A stretch of DNA of 63,822 nucleotides, the filler included, from Octopus bimaculoides (lineage: Eukaryota): the NCBI RefSeq assembly GCF_001194135.2. It is 5 parts of 5 records of this genome, joined end to end, with 100 filler letters (N's around TTAATTAATTAA, not from the genome) between each part and the next. Parts side by side here need not be neighbours in the genome. Positions count along the whole stretch, not along the records: positions 1 to 10,608 come from NC_068990.1; positions 10,709 to 33,132 come from NC_068987.1; 3 more parts are not named here. One strand, given 5' to 3'. The position numbers and the translations under genes are program-made. Numbering within the stretch: position 1 is the first letter of the stretch; each line of letters opens with the position of its first letter. The notes under the pieces were generated by a model. That model searched no databases and was not told the origin of the DNA. It worked only from the letters and a program-made list of their open reading frames with translations. This document shows, one piece after another, positions 1 to 13,593 of this stretch.

Positions 1-74
<74 letters not shown>

Positions 75-82
75 CACACACT
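1..82. repeat. (TA)n/(CA)n microsatellite (one of dozens in the window)
   Basis: Direct sequence. Confidence 0.99.
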
Positions 83-3000
83 TATATATACGCACCAACA
101 TAAATCTGTGTGTGGGTATGTGTGTATAAATTTATTTATGGTTTGTCTGGTCTGAAGGGATAATTCTGACATGTAAGTATAAAATGCGAGAAGAAATATT
201 TGTCATTGAAATAATGTTGTTTGTTTATGATGCATTTGGTATTTAGATGAGAAATCTCGAAACCTAGGGTTGGTTGTGTGCTTCTGCGAACCACTTGGAA
301 GAAAGCAATTGAAAATAGCTGTGGCTATGTAACCATTATATTAATTGTCTTAACTCAACTAAAAGTTATGTAATGCTCTCAGGGGTGCAAGCTAGGTTGG
401 GAGCAGAACTGCACTGTTCTCAACCCATCTCTTTATAGTCTCAAAATAGTTCTATGCCAACACAAGATGCTTCTCGTCTGTATTGGAGAGAAGGGACCTT
501 TTGAGTTAATTGCATGTAGTTAGGTCTGACTATATAACTGTAATGTTAGTATCTACTCTGATAGCGAACCATGTCGAATTGCATGCTTAGGAGTCATTCT
601 ACTAGAAGGTTCCTGAAATATTAATTAAACAGAAGGAAATATTCATTATGATGATGCAAAATTATATCTGAGGTTATTTACATCTTTCTTCAGATTTATT
701 GATTCTTATCTGTCAAAAGTGAAAGTAGGAGTAACAAGAGAGGGATGGCAATCATTAGACAAGGTGTTGGACACACTAGCTACAAATTTATAGTACCAAG
801 TAAATGGTAATTGGTAAAATAAGATTTCCATCCTGTTTGAAGGAAGTATTTTTTCCTTGTTTTCATTATTTACTTTGGCATATTAATATCTTAGAATATA
901 AACATTTAGAAGAGTATGTGTCAAAAGGAAGTTTAACCCTGTTAAATGAAGTCCTTAGTTCAGTATCGGGTGTTGGATTTAAGAGATTTCGTCACAGTCA
1001 AAGTGTTGGAAAATGAAATTGAATGAAATACTATCTACTGTAATATTTTATAATGTTCCCAATCTCACTTTAAATGTCTTTGTTAATTAAAATATTGCCT
1101 TTTATGATAGATTTTAAATCAATGTTTAATAAGGAAGTTGGTCCATGCATTTGTCAATCTATCTACTGTATCTGTCTTTATCTAATACAATTATGTTGAT
1201 GAATTGGCAGAGTAGCTAGATAGTTGAAAAGAATGCTTAGCATTCTTTGTCATCTTCTGTGCTTAGAGTTCAAATCCCACTGAAATCAGCCTTGCCATTC
1301 AAAATTACAGGGTCAATAAATAAAGTAACCGTCAAGTACTATAGTTAATTTTTCTTCCCATGTTTTCTCAATCATTCCCACTCTATAAGAAATCAGCTGT
1401 GTTCAGAACTGGAGAGTGATTGGTCCCAACAGGTAAATAAATCGATTTCTCTACCTATCAAAATTTTTATCTGCCTATCCATTTAATCTATCTAGCTATT
1501 ATTAATCTCTATATCTATCTCTATCTAAATATCTATTTACCTTAATCTGTCAATTCAATTATCCATTCATCTTTATATATTTGTTAATCTGTTCAACCAC
1601 ACATCATTTTGTTCAATCATCCATTTAGCTATCTGTCAACTCATCATCCATACATTATTTCACTTTCTCCTGTCTATTCAAAACTTTTGCTCTGTATATA
1701 AACACACATATTTGCAAGTCCATAGGTAGCAATGTTAGAGACTTGTTAAACAGACTATTTATGTTGTATCAACATAGTTAAATCAAAAAGAATAAAGCAG
1801 GGCAATGAAGAGATAAATCTTGGGCTCACTGCCCTTGTGAGTCTACATTTAATACAAGCACTGGAAGCATCACCAAAATGTTTGTTTCAAACCTCTATAT
1901 AGTAATATTGGCTCCAAATTTTGGTACAATGCCAGCAATTTTGAGGGGAGTGGGTAAGTCAATTAGATCAACCCTAGTGCCCAACTCATACTTATTTTAT
2001 TGATCCTGAAAAAATGAGAGTCAAAGTCAACCTTGGTAGAAGCTAAACACAGAATGTGAAGATGGACAAAATACGGCTAAGCATTTTGCTTGGCATGCTT
2101 GAGATTCTGCCAGATTACCACCTTACACTCTATTGTAATATTGGTTTCAAATTTTGGCACAAGGCTAGTAATTGCAGGGAATGGGTTAAGTCAATCACAT
2201 TGACCCTAGTGCTTATTCTATTGACCCTGAAAGGATGAAAGACAAAATGGACCTCGATGGAATGTGAACCCAGAATGTAAAGACAAGCGAAATGCTGCTA
2301 CGCATTTTACCCAGCATGCTAATGATTCTGACAGTTCACCGCCTTACTCTATATAGTAATATTAACAGCTAGCATTTGTGTGGTTACTCAATCTACAAGC
2401 TAGACATAGCTTCTAAATCTCTCTCAACCCATACACTAACTTCCTTAGAAAGGTAAAGAGTATACACATGTTTGTGAAGGAACATGGCTTACTGGTTAGA
2501 GTATTTGGTTTATGATCATAAAGTCATGAATTCAATTTCTGGTAATGTATCATGTCCTTGAGCAAGACACTTTATTTCACGTTGCTCTAGTCCATTCAGC
2601 TGGCAAAAATGAGTAGTACCTGTATTTCAAAAGGCCAGCCTTGTCACACTCCATGTCTGTGGAGTGCTCAGCTACTTGAAAGTTAATTTCACGAGTAGGC
2701 TGTTCCATTGATCAGATCAACTGGAACCCTTGTCGTTATTTTTATATTTCAACAAGAAGCCAAATACATAGTCATTTGACCTACTAAAAATAGCAATTTT
2801 ATTTTTCTCATATCCCCACCTAATATCTTAAATAAATAAAAGGAGATGTTGGATGATGCAATTGTAGAGATATGATATCTGAACAAATATAGATGAAGTG
2901 GCCATGACTGGAATGCTTTTGGTCATACAGGTGTTTGACCAGAGGTGATTTGTGTGTAAATATCAGTCTGAAATTTTGGCACAAGGCCAGCAATTTCAGA

Positions 3001-5328
3001 GGAGGAGCAAGTCAATTACATCGACCCCCTAGTAATCAGTTGGTACTTATTTCATCAACCCAGAAAGAATGAAAGACAAAGTTGACCTTGGCAGAATTTG
3101 AACTCGATGTAAAGACATGAAATGCTGCTAAGCATTTTGTCCAGAGTGCTAACAATTCTACTTGCTTGTCACTTTAGTTTGAGTGTAAATATCAACAACA
3201 TATTTGCATCACTGATTGTGTGAGATGGTTAACACATTTGTCTTATATCCGAGGACTAGCTGACTTGGTTAACACTTCCCTTTTACATGGAATTCCGAAA
3301 GCTAGTTAACTAACACATGCTCCTCACACTTATTGGATGAGATAGTTAACACTTCTCTCTCACATCTGGTTAAGAGATATAGTTAACACATATTTCTCAC
3401 AACTTCTCCAAAATGGTTTTTAAACAATTAAAATTTTGTCCACAGTTACAAAAAAAAAAAAAAAAATTCATAGTGTTAATTATAATTCTTGCCAACAAAA
3501 CCACCAAGCTGAAGGATTCTGCAAAACAAATAGAACAGTTGTCTTAAAAATAAAATGAAGATATGTATTCATGCATTGACAGATATAATAATTGTTTCTA
3601 ATTTAGGCACAGGGCCACCAATGTTTAGGGAAGGATATTTGTTGGTTACATCAATCACAACACTGAACTGGTACTTTATTTTATCGCCCTTCAAAAGATA
3701 AAAGGCAAAGTTGGCCTATGCTGGATTTGAACTCAGGGTTATATAGATCCATAAAAAGTATCTCAAGGCATTTTCCCAACACTCTAACATTTCTGCAAGT
3801 CTACCCCTAACTTTCTTTTTATTGGATAAGTTTGAAGTGTGTGGGGTTGTACCCTTGACTTTTATGGATCTTTAATTAACTGTTGCAAGTCAATAGCTGC
3901 AAGAAAAATATGTACAAGGAAAGAATTAAAAAAAGATGGCCATTTTAGGAACAAAGGAAAGGACAATGTTTTGTGCAGTGTTTGAGGTGGGACACAAATG
4001 GGTGATGGAAGGAAGAGAGACAAGTGAGACAAGAATCCTTGTGTTTAAGTGGCATGAAACTAGTGATGCTCATTGTAGTATTGGCAGAAAAGACAAAAAC
4101 ACAGAGAGAAAGAAAACAGCATATCTGTGGAGAAGCAGTGGAAGTGTGTTCGTAAGTAACTCAGTCGAGTGACCTGTAGTGTCTGTGTATGTATCAGCAA
4201 CTTTGTACTTAATGTGAGAGCTATGGGTCTTACCTGACAGTAAGTAATTAGTATTTGATGAGGGCTGAAATAATTTCTGGCTTTGAACAGGGAGGTCAGT
4301 CTTTGAGAGATACAACTATCACTGGATTAACCATTAAGCAACATAAGTACATGCTTAGGGCACCTCACAAATGGTAAATGGTTTACAGTGCAAAAGAAAT
4401 CCCTTTAAACTTGCTAAAATAATATTCGAAGTGGTTTATATGATCAGAAACATAATGTCAAAGTGTTCATGATGTCATAGTGAGGATCTGATCAAAGACT
4501 TTGCAATAAAAAAAAAAAAGTAGGAGAAAACGTTTCAAATAAAAATAAAGTGGAAGATTATTTTCCATCTTACTGTTAGTTTTGTTTCGTTTTGAAAAAT
4601 TAGAATTTATTTTATGATTTATTTTTGCTTATACTTTGAATTACATATATATTAGGCATCAAAATCCTTTAAGTGCTAAGGGCCTCTGCGAGTGTTAATC
4701 TGGCCCTGAATGTGATCCTTGTCATGCAATCCTGGTTGGCAAGGATGGTAATTACCAGTGATGGTAATTAATAGCATGTATCTAGAACCTTTAAGGTCAC
4801 TATAAATACTGTAGAGACCTTGACAGTCCAAGTTCAGTGCTGTTAATTTTGAAGAGATAGTGGTTGCAATAACAGTTGCTTGATATGAGCAGTTATTATA
4901 CTAGGTTGAGGAAAGAGTTTGTGCATTCTGAGTCACCATTGAACATGACCTGAACTGAATGAACACAAACACCACAAAAATATATTAAAAAAAAGGCATT
5001 ATTTTAACACAGCATACAAACTTTTTCCTCAACCTAATATCTTTCTTATTGAAAAGTAAAGGGTAACCTAGTCACTTGGGCAGATGGTTTTGAGATTGTT
5101 GGTCATTGAGTCAATGCACATTTTGTCTTGGGTCTCGAGGTTATATATGGATGATTCTTGTGTGTAGAAGGTTATAATTAATTAGGGGTGTCATCGTCTA
5201 CTTAAGATTGAACAATGCTGGAGATCACTGAATGTAGGTTGAATGAACCTTGAGTAGTAAGCCAAGAGTTTTTAGTTTGTGAGAGAGGGAGGGGGAGCTA
5301 GAAGGAGGAATAGAGAGAGAGAGAGAGA

Positions 5329-5418
5329 ATTCCTTTAGTTGAGAGTTCCTTTAGTTGAGAGTTCTTTTAGTTGAGAGTTCCTTTAGTTGAGAGATCTTTG
5401 AGAGAGAGTTCCTTTAGT
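5329..5418. repeat. 16-bp minisatellite (gagttcctttagttga), about five copies
   Basis: Directly visible tandem units next to a (GA)n tract. Confidence 0.9.
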
Positions 5419-5419
5419 C

Positions 5420-5800
5420 ATGATAATGTGGTCTAACAGAAAGCCTCTAATCCAACATACAGAAGCCATTCATGGGCAGTTCTGACAGAAGTTTTGTGTA
5501 CCAGACATAGTCGAAAGCATTGCTGATGTTGAGGGAATAGTGACCTTTTCACCAAATTTCTCGCAGGTAAGAACACACTTGTGTATTAGAAAGAAATGTA
5601 GGTCTCCAATAGATATGGCTTCAAAAAAGCTGATCTGGAAGTCGTTAAGAAGAGTGACAGATTCAAAAAGCTATAAAAGGATGATCTCCATCAATTTTGA
5701 AAGAGTGAAACAATGCAATACACAAGCAAGATCAAAATGCTTGCTTGAACTTTTTGGAAATGGGACACTAACATCTATTTTAATAGACGTTGGGTTAAAG
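5420..5800 (-). mobile_element. Decayed CR1/L2-type LINE reverse transcriptase fragment
   Basis: Minus-strand frames give ISNAFDYVWYTKLL and WIRGFL, matching the RT motif DISKAFDxVWHxxLL...WIxxFL, with frameshifts and stops. Confidence 0.7.
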
Positions 5801-6096
5801 CATATCTTTTACCTTTTATGTTTTACCTGCTTCAGTCATTAGACTGTGGCCATGCTGGGGCACCACCTTGATTTTTTTTTTTTTGTTGAATAAATCAATC
5901 TCAGTACTTATTTTTTAAGCCTGTGACTGATTCTATCAGTCTCTTTTGCCAAACGGTTAAGTTATGGGGATGTAAACACACCAACACCGGTTGTCAAGTG
6001 GTGATGGGTGGGAGTACAAACACACGCACACACACACAGATATACATACATACATACATACATACANNNNNNNNNNNNNNNNNNNNNNNNNNNNNN

Positions 6097-6141
<45 letters not shown>

Positions 6142-8920
6142 CATACATATACCATGGGCTTCTTCTAGCTTCTGTCTAACAATTTCACTCACAAGGCTTT
6201 GGTTGGCTCGAGGTTATAGAAGACATTTTCCCTAGGTGCTATGCAGTGGGACGGAACTCAGAACCATGTGGTTTGGAAGCAAGCTTTTTACCACTCAGCC
6301 ACTTCTGAGAAAAGTAATATTTATATTGCCCCAAATATGTAAAGACACAGATTTTAGTTATTGCAACATTACTCAGGATCTACGGTTGTTCTCAGAAAAT
6401 ATTTCTTGATGCAATTTTACTAGTCTTTCCAACTTTCTCTCTTCAATGCTTCCCCACTATTCACCATAGCCTTCTTTCCTCTTCCTTTTAAATCCCAGTA
6501 AAATCAGCAAATCACTCTAATAAGAAACAATATTTGGTACATTTTGATGCCAAGGAACTACATTTTCTGGATTATTTGCACTGGTGATAACAAACCAATA
6601 AGAAAGTTATCGAAAATAGGTCAATAAGTTTAATTTCCTGTGAGATATGTTCATCAAACATTATTTGAAAATTCAGTTAGATATTCAGCAACTAATTGTG
6701 TTGTTTTAATTACTGATTGAATATCTCTCTTTCTCTGAAAGGAAGCCACCTACACATTTTACAACTATGTAAGATCTTCACTTAATACAATCAAAATTGT
6801 TAGAGTACCTGGTTTCTAAATGTGACCAAACAATCCAAACAATGTTTTCACATTAATCCTTTGTTGACTAACATGGCTGTAGAGGAAGGGATAAGGCATG
6901 TCACATTTATATTAATCATCACCATTATCATTGTTTTAACATCAATTTTTCCATTTAAACATGGGTTGGATATGTTTGAAAAGCAGCTTCTTTCCAGTTA
7001 TCTTGATGGTGCCTCCACTCTGCCTCTATACTGCTGCTTAGTCTACTAGAAATAGCAACCAAATTTCACTCAGATCACACCATTATTTGTGCAGGCAGAG
7101 ACAGGTGCTTAAGAAGGCCACTTTGCAGTTATGTGATCCTGGACTGAATCCTTCTGTGTGGCCCCTTGGGCATGTGGCTTTTACTATTGACTTTGGTTAA
7201 CCAATAACTTGTAAGTGGCATTTGATGGATAAAACTGTCCAGATGACAACCTTGTGTGTGTGTGCATGAATGTATGTGTGCCTGCATTTATGTTTATTAA
7301 TCTATATGCTAGTACTGCTGTTTCTGCTGTGTACATTTCTTTCCTGCTCAACGTCAGAGACTGAATAAAATATCAGATTGAAATAAGTACTGGAGTCAAT
7401 ATGATTGACAAAAAAACCTTTGAAGCTGGTGCCCTAATATGGTCACAGCCCAGTGATTGGAATCAGTTAAAGCAAAGAAGAATTTTTTAAAATCTCCCTT
7501 GTGTTTATATGCACTAAAGAAAAAAAAAAAATAAATGCTTTTGGTCATAGGTCTGCCCATTCATGGAAGATGTGAAGCTAAACAACAACAACAACAACAG
7601 CAGCAGCAGCAGGATTAGTCCTGAGAGATCCAACATTCTCAGATATAACTTTACACACCTTTCTAGTCTGTATTCTTCTTAACTGAAAGAACTAGCAATC
7701 CAATATCTGTCTATTCAAATACTATTTGTTAGTGATTTCTAATACATTTTAGAACTCATTTTACAAACCATTTCCTATATAAATATCTATAATGAAAAAG
7801 TTAGCATCTGAAATTAGCAGATCAAGTGACGATGTAGAAGTTGTCCCATAGATCTGTGTTAAATTTCCAAGGATATTATTTATATCTTTTAGGTGGACTG
7901 GCAGAAGTGGTAGAGCATCCGACAAAGCGTCTTGTGTTATTTGCTCTGGCTCTTTACATTCTGAGTTCAATTCCTGCTGATGTCAACTTTGACTTTCTTC
8001 TCCCTGGGGAAGATAAGGTAAAATATCAAGCAAGTACTGAGATCAATGATATTATCTTATCCTAAATCTAAAAAGTTTGGGCATGTACCTTAATATGAAA
8101 CACTAAGGTGTCAAGTTAGCTGAATTGTTGGCAACTTTAACAAGATACTTCGTGGCATTTTTTTCAGGTTTTGCATTCTGAAGTCCCAGTATATTTTAGG
8201 TTTGTTTTGGTCAGCATGGGAACATACTGGCCACTTATCAGCTACCTGATATCCATACTGTTTTGCACAGTGACCAATGAATCTATAGACAACTTGGACA
8301 AGTGCCTTCTACTATTACCCCAGACCAATCAAAGCCTTGTGAGTAGATTTGGCTGTTGGAAACTGATGTCCGATTCAGCAGAGTTTTTATGGCTGGATGC
8401 TCCTTCTAAAACCAACCCCTCAGTGCTTTTTATGTGGCCCTAGCACAGGTGAGGTCAGTTTTGGCATGATTTTTACAGCTTGATGCTCTTCCAAATGCCA
8501 ACCACTTCACAGTGTTGACTGGATGCTTTTTATATGGCATCAGCACCACGACTGTGTCTTTGAGTCTGTGCTTGTTCCATTCCAACGCTTGGCAAATGGT
8601 ATTGGTGTGTTTAAGTCACCATAACATAGCAGTGTGGCAAAAGAGATCAATAGGGTAAGTACCAGGCTTAAAAAAAAAAATGTAGTGGTGTCAGTTCATT
8701 TGATTAACATTTCTTCAAGGCAATGTGCCCCAGCATGGCTGCAGTCAAATGACTGAAACAAGTAAAAGAAGATCTATTCACTCTACCTAGCGTATTGAGT
8801 TCTGTACCAGGTAATGGTTGCATTTTATAAAATACATAATCAATATATTTAAGTACTGCTATATTATACGTATATACTTACATACATACATACATGCACA
8901 CACACACACACACACACACA

Positions 8921-8963
<43 letters not shown>

Positions 8964-9258
8964 NNNNNNNNNNNNNNNNNNNNNNNNNNNNNNNNNNNNN
9001 NNNNNNNNNNNNNNNNNNNNNNNNNNNNNNNNNNNNNNNNNNNNNNNNNNNNNNNNNNNNNNNNNNNNNNNNNNNNNNNNNNNNNNNNNNNNNNNNNNNN
9101 NNNNNNNNNNNNNNNNNNNNNNNNNNNNNNNNNNNNNNNNNNNNNNNNNNNNNNNNNNNNNNNNNNNNNNNNNNNNNNNNNNNNNNNNNNNNNNNNNNNN
9201 NNNNNNNNNNNNNNNNNNNNNNNNNNNNNNNNNNNNNNNNNNNNNNNNNNNNNNNNNN

Positions 9259-9296
<38 letters not shown>

Positions 9297-10263
9297 CTGT
9301 CTGTGTGTGACAGTGACTCTGTGAGCATGTTATAATTTTTCATTGTTGAATATATTACGATCTTTCAGTAAGTTTATTTTATGAGCCCTCCAACAGAGAG
9401 AGAGTGAGAGAGAGAGATAAATAGATAGAGAGGTGGGAGGCATAAACTATATGCAAAACAGATTTTTGTCATTGCTGCCCCTGAACTGTAATCTCAAATG
9501 GTACCCAAATTACATGCCATTTAAATAAAGTGATGTCATTGTGTGAGCTTTATGCTATTACTTCAACAGAGACCTGCCTATCTATGATTTTAAAAACTAT
9601 TTTAGCAAAAGCACAATAGAACAATAGAATGCTATCTCCATAGAACAAACCAATATAGACAATAATTAAAGCTTTTGATATTTCAAGTTGTATTCTTTCC
9701 AGATTGTATTTGAAGTGCAAAACAAATTCTCAAAATGTAAATATATGCTAAGAAGATATTTGAAACAGATCCACAAGAAATGCCAAAAATCTTTTGCATT
9801 TTCCCATCTACTTAGGCAATGCTTTCATCATCCTATGAGAGACAGATTTTGATAAACAGAATGCTATCAAGAGATTTGACAGTATTCCTGATGCTTCTAC
9901 AAACCATACTGAATATCTGCCAAACATGACCTTAACTATTCGTGATAATCCTACATGGTGTGTGGAAAGTTTCTGCTGATAAAATAAGCTTAATTATTGA
10001 AGCAGGTCAATGTATATTTTATTATTGTATAATTCACAGACCTTTGAACATATCCCCTGGCAGTTTATCATATATATTCTGACATCCAACAGTTTTCCAC
10101 AACATCTAGTTTCAGAAGAGAAAGATACTTAATTCTCCGAAAAACAATTCTTTCTTTGTGTTCACTTACACACATTTATTTTACACACACAGGGAAGTAT
10201 GCACTTATACAAACAGATATCTACATACATACATACATATGTATGTATGCATATATATATAAT

Positions 10264-10306
<43 letters not shown>

Positions 10307-10319
10307 NNNNNNNNNNNNN

Positions 10320-10354
<35 letters not shown>

Positions 10355-10709
10355 GTATGTATACATATGTATGTGTGCGTGTATATATATATATATATAT
10401 GAATCTATCTGTGTATATATGTGTGTATATATATTTATGAATGTTGTATGTGCATGTATGTATATATGTGTATGTACATCTATCTATCTACCACTCTACC
10501 TCTTTCTCTGTCTCTCTCTCTGTCTATCTATCTGTCTATCTATCTGTCTATCTATCTGTCTATCTATCTATCTATATCATATATATATGTATGTATGTAT
10601 ATATATATNNNNNNNNNNNNNNNNNNNNNNNNNNNNNNNNNNNNNNNNNNNNTTAATTAATTAANNNNNNNNNNNNNNNNNNNNNNNNNNNNNNNNNNNN
10701 NNNNNNNNA

Positions 10710-11025
10710 TTCCTGATGGGCCGGGGGCTTTCCCGGTCTTCATACTCTTAATTGCTTTATCTACCCTGGTACTATCAACTCGGATAGCTGGTCCCTCTAT
10801 TGGGTCGACATAAGGCAGGCTCTCTTTCTCCCATTCATTCTCTTTATTAAGCAATCTATCGTAGTGGCATCTCCAGACCTCTTTCTTTGCATCCTCATTT
10901 AATGCAAGCGTACCATCATCCATGCGAACACATTTCTCTCCTACAACATCACTATTCTCTCTCCTACACTGTCTTGCAACCCGAAATACCTCGAGTCTTT
11001 GGTCCTCACGGCGCAGAACATTCAT
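10710..11025 (-). mobile_element. RTE-clade LINE ORF fragment (region between endonuclease and RT), inserted into the mariner; runs into a gap
   Basis: VWRCHYDRLLNKEN...VDKAIKSMKTGKAPGPSG; the KAPGP motif precedes RT in non-LTR ORF2. Confidence 0.85.
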
Positions 11026-11395
11026 GTACAAATGGTTGCAGACAGTTTTCTGGCTAACTTGAAGTTCCTTTGCCAGTTCTCGAGTGGTTTTACGTGGATC
11101 CTTCTCAATGATGGTCCTTAATTCACTGTCATCGATGACAGATGGGCATCCACTACAATCATGATCTTCAAGGCTCAGGTCTCCACTGCAAAATAGTTGA
11201 AACCATTTTTGAGCTGACCACTCACTGGTCATTTCCTCACCAAACATTTCATTGATATCGCAAGCAGTTTCAACTGCTTTACGTCCTTTTCTGAAGCTGA
11301 ATAACAAAATTGCTTGAAAATCACTCTTTGACAGTTCCATTTCTAATGATTGTAACAATGGTGAAAAAAAATATCAATGTTGATTTATTGATGCA
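11026..11395 (-). mobile_element. Mariner transposase 5' fragment (HTH DNA-binding domain)
   Basis: MELSKSDFQAILLFSFRKGRKAVETACDINEMFGE...WFQLFCSGDLSLED...SGCPS...DPRKTTRELAKELQVSQKTVCNHL, the typical mariner N-terminal HTH pattern. Confidence 0.9.
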
Positions 11396-11807
11396 TTTGG
11401 GCAAGTCTGTCTGTATTATCAGACAAAAGCAAAAAAAAAAAAAGAAATGTTTAATCATGTGATTGCACTACGTATGCACACTCCACACCCCAACACTACC
11501 ATCACCTATAACATATATATGAAATAATCCATTCTACTATAGGTTACAAGGCCTAAAATTTGTTTCTGGGGAAATAGTCAAGCACATGGATCCTAGGACT
11601 TGACTGGTGCTTAATTTATTGACCCATGTAAGGATGAAAGGCAACATCAAACTAGGCGGAATCTGAACTCAGAATGCAAGGACAGACGAAATGTCACTAA
11701 GCATTTTACCAGCTCACTGCCTTTGGTATAAATAAAATACTGATAGCAACAACAACAACAACAACAACAACAGCATGTATAACGTATAAATGAAAAAGAA
11801 GACTGAC

Positions 11808-11925
11808 TTTGGTGCAATGCGTTCTGTGACTGCTGATATGGAACTGACAAAAGATGAGAGCTGCATCACAATAGTTGAGAGATGATGACATTCCTGTTTC
11901 AAGCGGTTCACATCATTTAGCTGAG
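11808..11925 (-). CDS. RNF207: RNF207 exon (118 nt, phase 1-2): AQLNDVNRLKQECHHLSTIVMQLSSFVSSISAVTERIAP
   Basis: Acceptor ctctgtctctgcag, donor gtcagt; matches human AQLHDLLQLRQENAYLTTITKQITPYVRSIAKVKERLEP. Confidence 0.92.
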
Positions 11926-12793
11926 CTGCAGAGACAGAGAAAGACAAGAGAGTGAGACCATATATATATAGAGAGAGAGAGAGAGATTATGGGTGTGTGT
12001 GTGTGTGTGTGTTACTTTTGGGCACTACTGGCAGCATGTAACCTAGTACAAGCTGTTGCATGGTCAGGTCATTGAAGATTAAACTGGCAACCCCATCGAG
12101 CTTACTTGGAGAGGTGGATGATTGTTGGACATCCAGCAGGATGAAAAATAAGACCTGCACAGCATATTGCCCAACGATTGAAAGGTGCTTTCAATGGGCC
12201 AAGTTCACAACAATGGCATTGGCAACCATTTTTCTTCAGGTGAATTAAGAGTAAATTAAACACTGTGGATTCTTCACATAAATGGAACAAAATGCAAGTC
12301 GGCTCTCCCATCATGGATTATACAAGCCTTACCAGGGATGGCACCTAATCCCTTGACAACAAATGACAATAAACTATGAGGGAGACATGGGTTGAACAGT
12401 TTAATAGGAGCTGACAAGGCTAGTGGGGCCACATCAGGCTCCTTTGTTTGTTTTGGCATGGTTTCTATGACTGGATGCTTTTCCTATTGCCAACCACTTT
12501 ACAGAGTGTACAGTGTGCCTTTTTTGTGGTCCCAGCACTGACAGGGTCACAAAGTCCCTTGCAACACAAAAGACCAAAAAAAGCAAAATCCCCTCAAATA
12601 AAAAGGGAGAGTAAGTACTGAGAGGAGTTTGGGGCTCTGTGCCATTTGAGAGAATAAAGGATTAGGAGGAGAGAGATACACGTATACCCCAGTTGGAAAG
12701 GAAAAGAGAGGGAGTTAAAGAGTAAGATAAGAAGAGCGTTAGTGAGAGAGATGAGCTGAGACATGCCCTTGAGGAACCCTGGGGGAGGAGCTG

Positions 12794-12824
<31 letters not shown>

Positions 12825-13295
12825 CGAAAGAGAGAGAGAGAGAGACATAAGAGACAACCTACATAAAGAAATGAAAATATAAACAATTAATTAAAAAGAC
12901 GGTGGGTATGAGAGGGCAGCAAGTTTCAGTGATCAAAATTTCTGCTGTGATATAAAAGCTGACCAGACAACATCCATACAACGCCCAAGTAACATTACTA
13001 CAAAATTCTAAAGAATAAACTATTTTTTTCATGTCAATCCAAATAGATATGAAAACACAGATACACATAGAAATAGCTGCAACATCAATAGTACCTTTAT
13101 CTAGAGAAGCTGTTGCAGTACAGAGGAATAGCAACAACAGGTAGTTGAACATAACTTACCATTCCCGCTACTCCTATGGCCACCACCACAGAAACAGGTT
13201 GGGCGACAACAACTTAGATTACACTTCACAAGGCTCATCTAGTGCATGTCAGAGTTTGCAGTATGTACGTCAGTCAAGGACAAAGGAAGCAGAAG

Positions 13296-13337
<42 letters not shown>

Positions 13338-13559
13338 TTAGGTCAATGGGTTACCTGTGTGCCAGAGGGTTGTTTAATCAGAGCTAAACAGGGATAGACA
13401 GCTACAACAATCACACAGAAACAAATAAAGATCTCACCTTGATATAATTCTTGTTCATTTGCTATTCTTTGGACAGAATCTTCCCAGTGCTACAATGACA
13501 TATATAAAACATAAATACGTTGAAGTTATTTGTCTGAGTATATACGTATATGTATGGAC

Positions 13560-13593
<34 letters not shown>

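Noticed and set aside
5489-5566. Plus-strand exon-like segment ending cag|gtaaga (KFCVPDIVESIADVEG...)
   Set aside because: It is the antisense reading of a LINE RT motif (ISNAFDYVW) on the minus strand.
9560-10115. Minus-strand LRR-like KLPGDMFKGL followed by a hydrophobic stretch (possible LGR-type pseudogene)
   Set aside because: A single short motif among many stops; not distinguishable from chance.
10653-10664. TTAATTAATTAA between N runs (also 33177-33188, 50941-50952, 62686-62697)
   Set aside because: Identical 12-mer centred in N runs with stops in all frames: an assembly spacer, not biology.
13159-13241. Minus segment MSLVKCNLSCCRPTCFCGGGHRSSGN with a strong aatg|gtaagt donor
   Set aside because: No acceptor gives the phase 1-1 symmetry needed in this RNF207 intron, and no homology was recognised.
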